Positions 62,594 through 64,000 of a stretch of DNA of 64,000 nucleotides are shown here, piece by piece. The translations under genes and the position numbers were made by a program. Source of the stretch: a virus. The notes below the pieces were generated by a model that saw only the letters and a program-made list of their open reading frames with translations, was not told the DNA's origin and made no database searches. The number at the start of each line of letters is the position of its first letter. Within the stretch, counting starts at the first letter, position 1. Location: the IMG/VR virus record IMGVR_UViG_3300049202_000001; one strand, 5' to 3'.

Positions 62594-62666
62594 GACTTCA
62601 TTGCAGCGAGAAACGCAGCAAAATTTAGCTAGCACTACTAACCTACTCCCTTGAAAAGAGAACAGC

Positions 62667-63158
62667 ATGAACAACATCAAATACAAAGGCTTCAACATCG
62701 CAGAACGTAAGGCCCTCGGCTCTATTGTTATCCAAAAGAATATTCGTTACTACGTTCAAGTGGCTGACTTCATCTGTCCCGGCACTCACCCTTTCCGCGA
62801 AGATGGCTACCCTACGCTGAACCATGCCAAGGGCGCTGTCACTAACCACTTGAAGGCTGTTGAAAAGCAGCACGAAGATCTGTTTGACGATGTATCCGAT
62901 TTGGTGAAAGAAGATGACATGGACGTAGCCCTGTCTCATCTGGAGCATGTGATTGCCTCCAAGATTTTCACCAAATCGCCTAAGTCGGTGGTAGCCTCCC
63001 GTAATAAACGTGAGGGCCACATGTTCGGCAAGGTAGCTGGTGCGGTTTGCCGTGGTAAAACTCGTAAAGGTAGTGGCTGGCTGTGTTCTGCTGGTAGCTA
63101 CAACGACACTCGCAAACAACGCAAACAGTTCAAACTGCAAGCATCCCGTAACATCTAA
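62667..63158 (+). CDS. Hypothetical early protein
   Basis: 163-aa ORF. Confidence 0.55.
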   Translation: MNNIKYKGFNIAERKALGSIVIQKNIRYYVQVADFICPGTHPFREDGYPTLNHAKGAVTNHLKAVEKQHEDLFDDVSDLVKEDDMDVALSHLEHVIASKIFTKSPKSVVASRNKREGHMFGKVAGAVCRGKTRKGSGWLCSAGSYNDTRKQRKQFKLQASRNI

Positions 63159-63177
63159 CGAGTAGGAGCATTAGAAC

Positions 63178-63345
63178 ATGCAAGGTAATAGCAATTTCGA
63201 ACGTAAGCAACGCACCAGCAAGAACGCTCGTCCTCCTCGTGGCAATGAGCAAGTGGAACGTCAGCAGCAAGAGAAGCGTGGTAAGCAGTGGAGCCGCGAG
63301 AACAACAAGCGTGACCAGTGGAATTCGTTTGATTCCTTCCAATAA
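63178..63345 (+). CDS. Small highly basic/polar protein (55 aa, not in ORF track)
   Basis: ATG 63178 with GTAGGAG RBS. MQGNSNFERKQRTSKNARPPRGNEQVERQQQEKRGKQWSRENNKRDQWNSFDSFQ. Confidence 0.5.
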   Translation: MQGNSNFERKQRTSKNARPPRGNEQVERQQQEKRGKQWSRENNKRDQWNSFDSFQ

Positions 63346-63359
63346 ATCGAGGTGACATC

Positions 63360-63647
63360 ATGAGCCGTATCATCAAAACTAAATACTGGGTTGACTATCG
63401 CGCACGCGAGGAGGATACCATTCGTGTGAACAGCAGCAGCAATGCTAACGTGGCAGTGGCTACCTGCATCATGCACATGCAGATTGACCACTACGGGGCA
63501 GCTCTGGCTGAAGTGTGGGATGATGATACGGGAGCTTTGCACGCTGTAATTAAGCGTAAGAGCAATGGGAATATCGAAATCATCTACAAGCGCAACCCGA
63601 AGAAGTTTGAGGTGCGTTTGGCTACCGACGTAAAACGTCGCCTGTAA
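63360..63647 (+). CDS. Hypothetical early protein
   Basis: 95-aa ORF with a GAGGTGA RBS. Confidence 0.55.
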   Translation: MSRIIKTKYWVDYRAREEDTIRVNSSSNANVAVATCIMHMQIDHYGAALAEVWDDDTGALHAVIKRKSNGNIEIIYKRNPKKFEVRLATDVKRRL

Positions 63648-63658
63648 GGAGATATGTA

Positions 63659-63909
63659 ATGACTACCAACACCAAAGAGAGCGCACCAGCCGAGTTGCCG
63701 CCCTAGTAGAGCAGCATGAAGCGCAAGAGCCTGTGGGCATTCGCGGCCCGATGCGGGACCAGGATCGGCAGTATTGCATGTCCTATGCGCGGACACTGGG
63801 TGTCAGTCAAGAGACTGCCGATGCCATCATTTCTTGTGTCGCGCCAAAAGCTTATGTGAATGGATTCAAAGACAATGAGCCTACCCTAGCAGCCACGCAA
63901 GCATATTGA
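63659..63909 (+). pseudogene. Small gene apparently split by a -1 frame change
   Basis: AAGGAG-N7-ATG at 63659 opens a 15-codon frame ending in TAG TAG. The -1 frame is open from 63634 to 63909 and looks coding, but has no ATG/RBS before GTG 63733. Confidence 0.4.
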
Positions 63910-63937
63910 GATATTTCATTCCTGATATTTCAAATCA

Positions 63938-63967
63938 AAAGCCTCCTTGTGAGGCTTTGCTTTTTGG
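63938..63967 (+). terminator. Rho-independent terminator
   Basis: Stem AAAGCCTC / GAGGCTTT, loop CTTGT, followed by GCTTTTTGG. Confidence 0.7.
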
Positions 63968-64000
63968 TCTACAATTTTATATTCCAGCAACTAGGGAGAA

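Noticed and set aside
63700-63708. TAG-TAG read as amber suppression or stop-codon reassignment.
   Set aside because: TAG is not needed to be read through anywhere else in the window. The sequence downstream in the same frame is Arg/Cys/Trp-rich and non-protein-like, whereas the -1 frame looks coding. A frame change explains it better than readthrough.
1-64000. CRISPR arrays, rRNA genes, transposases/IS elements and integrative elements.
   Set aside because: No regularly spaced direct repeats, rRNA-like sequence, DDE/serine/tyrosine recombinase motifs or IS-type terminal repeats were seen. The one inverted-repeat pair, at 42803/43150, is reported separately.

Overview
The window is a near-contiguous piece of a tailed dsDNA phage genome with no bacterial chromosome context. 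It is siphovirus-like: it has a lambda-type head module, a non-contractile tail tube and an 1816-aa tape measure. There are three transcription blocks. (1) Nt 1-22.8 kb, + strand, holds the late genes. In order: portal C-terminus, S49 prohead protease, scaffold, decoration protein, lambda-gpE-type major capsid, connectors, tail terminator, tail tube, a G/GT-type chaperone pair, tape measure, tail tip and fibre genes, then lysis genes (GH108 endolysin and a GTA-type 3TM holin). (2) Nt 22.9-61.2 kb, - strand, holds about 75 tightly packed middle and replication genes. It contains a T7-like replisome: gp4-like primase-helicase, a family A DNA polymerase interrupted by a LAGLIDADG intein, a gp6-like exonuclease, an SSB with a DDDIPF tail, an ATP-dependent ligase and a UvrD-like helicase. 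It also contains nucleotide metabolism genes (class I RNR alpha and beta, glutaredoxin, ThyX-like, MazG-like, HD hydrolase, MazZ-like domain). The accessory content comprises an NAD/ADP-ribose cluster (macro domain, vWA, NAMPT-like, Prs-like, SLOG), four free-standing HNH endonucleases, an SPFH lipoprotein, a SleB-like hydrolase and one aberrant tRNA-like gene. (3) Nt 61.7-64 kb, + strand, holds small early genes diverging from a 560-bp control region. Transcription signals are host sigma70-type: I found eleven promoters with a perfect TTGACA -35 box, and many share an AGGTAG/TAGTG spacer element. No phage RNA polymerase, integrase, reverse transcriptase or CRISPR array is present. The most interesting items are (a) the Prs-like + NAMPT-like pair, which looks like a phage NAD+ reconstitution module embedded among macro, SLOG and vWA genes, (b) the D-arm-less tRNA(UCU)-like gene next to a 330-bp ORF-free island bracketed by inverted repeats and carrying CTTTAAACT iterons, (c) the intein in polymerase motif B, and (d) the conserved promoter-spacer motif. 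All family assignments come from motifs read by eye and from recalled family signatures. No database search was run.
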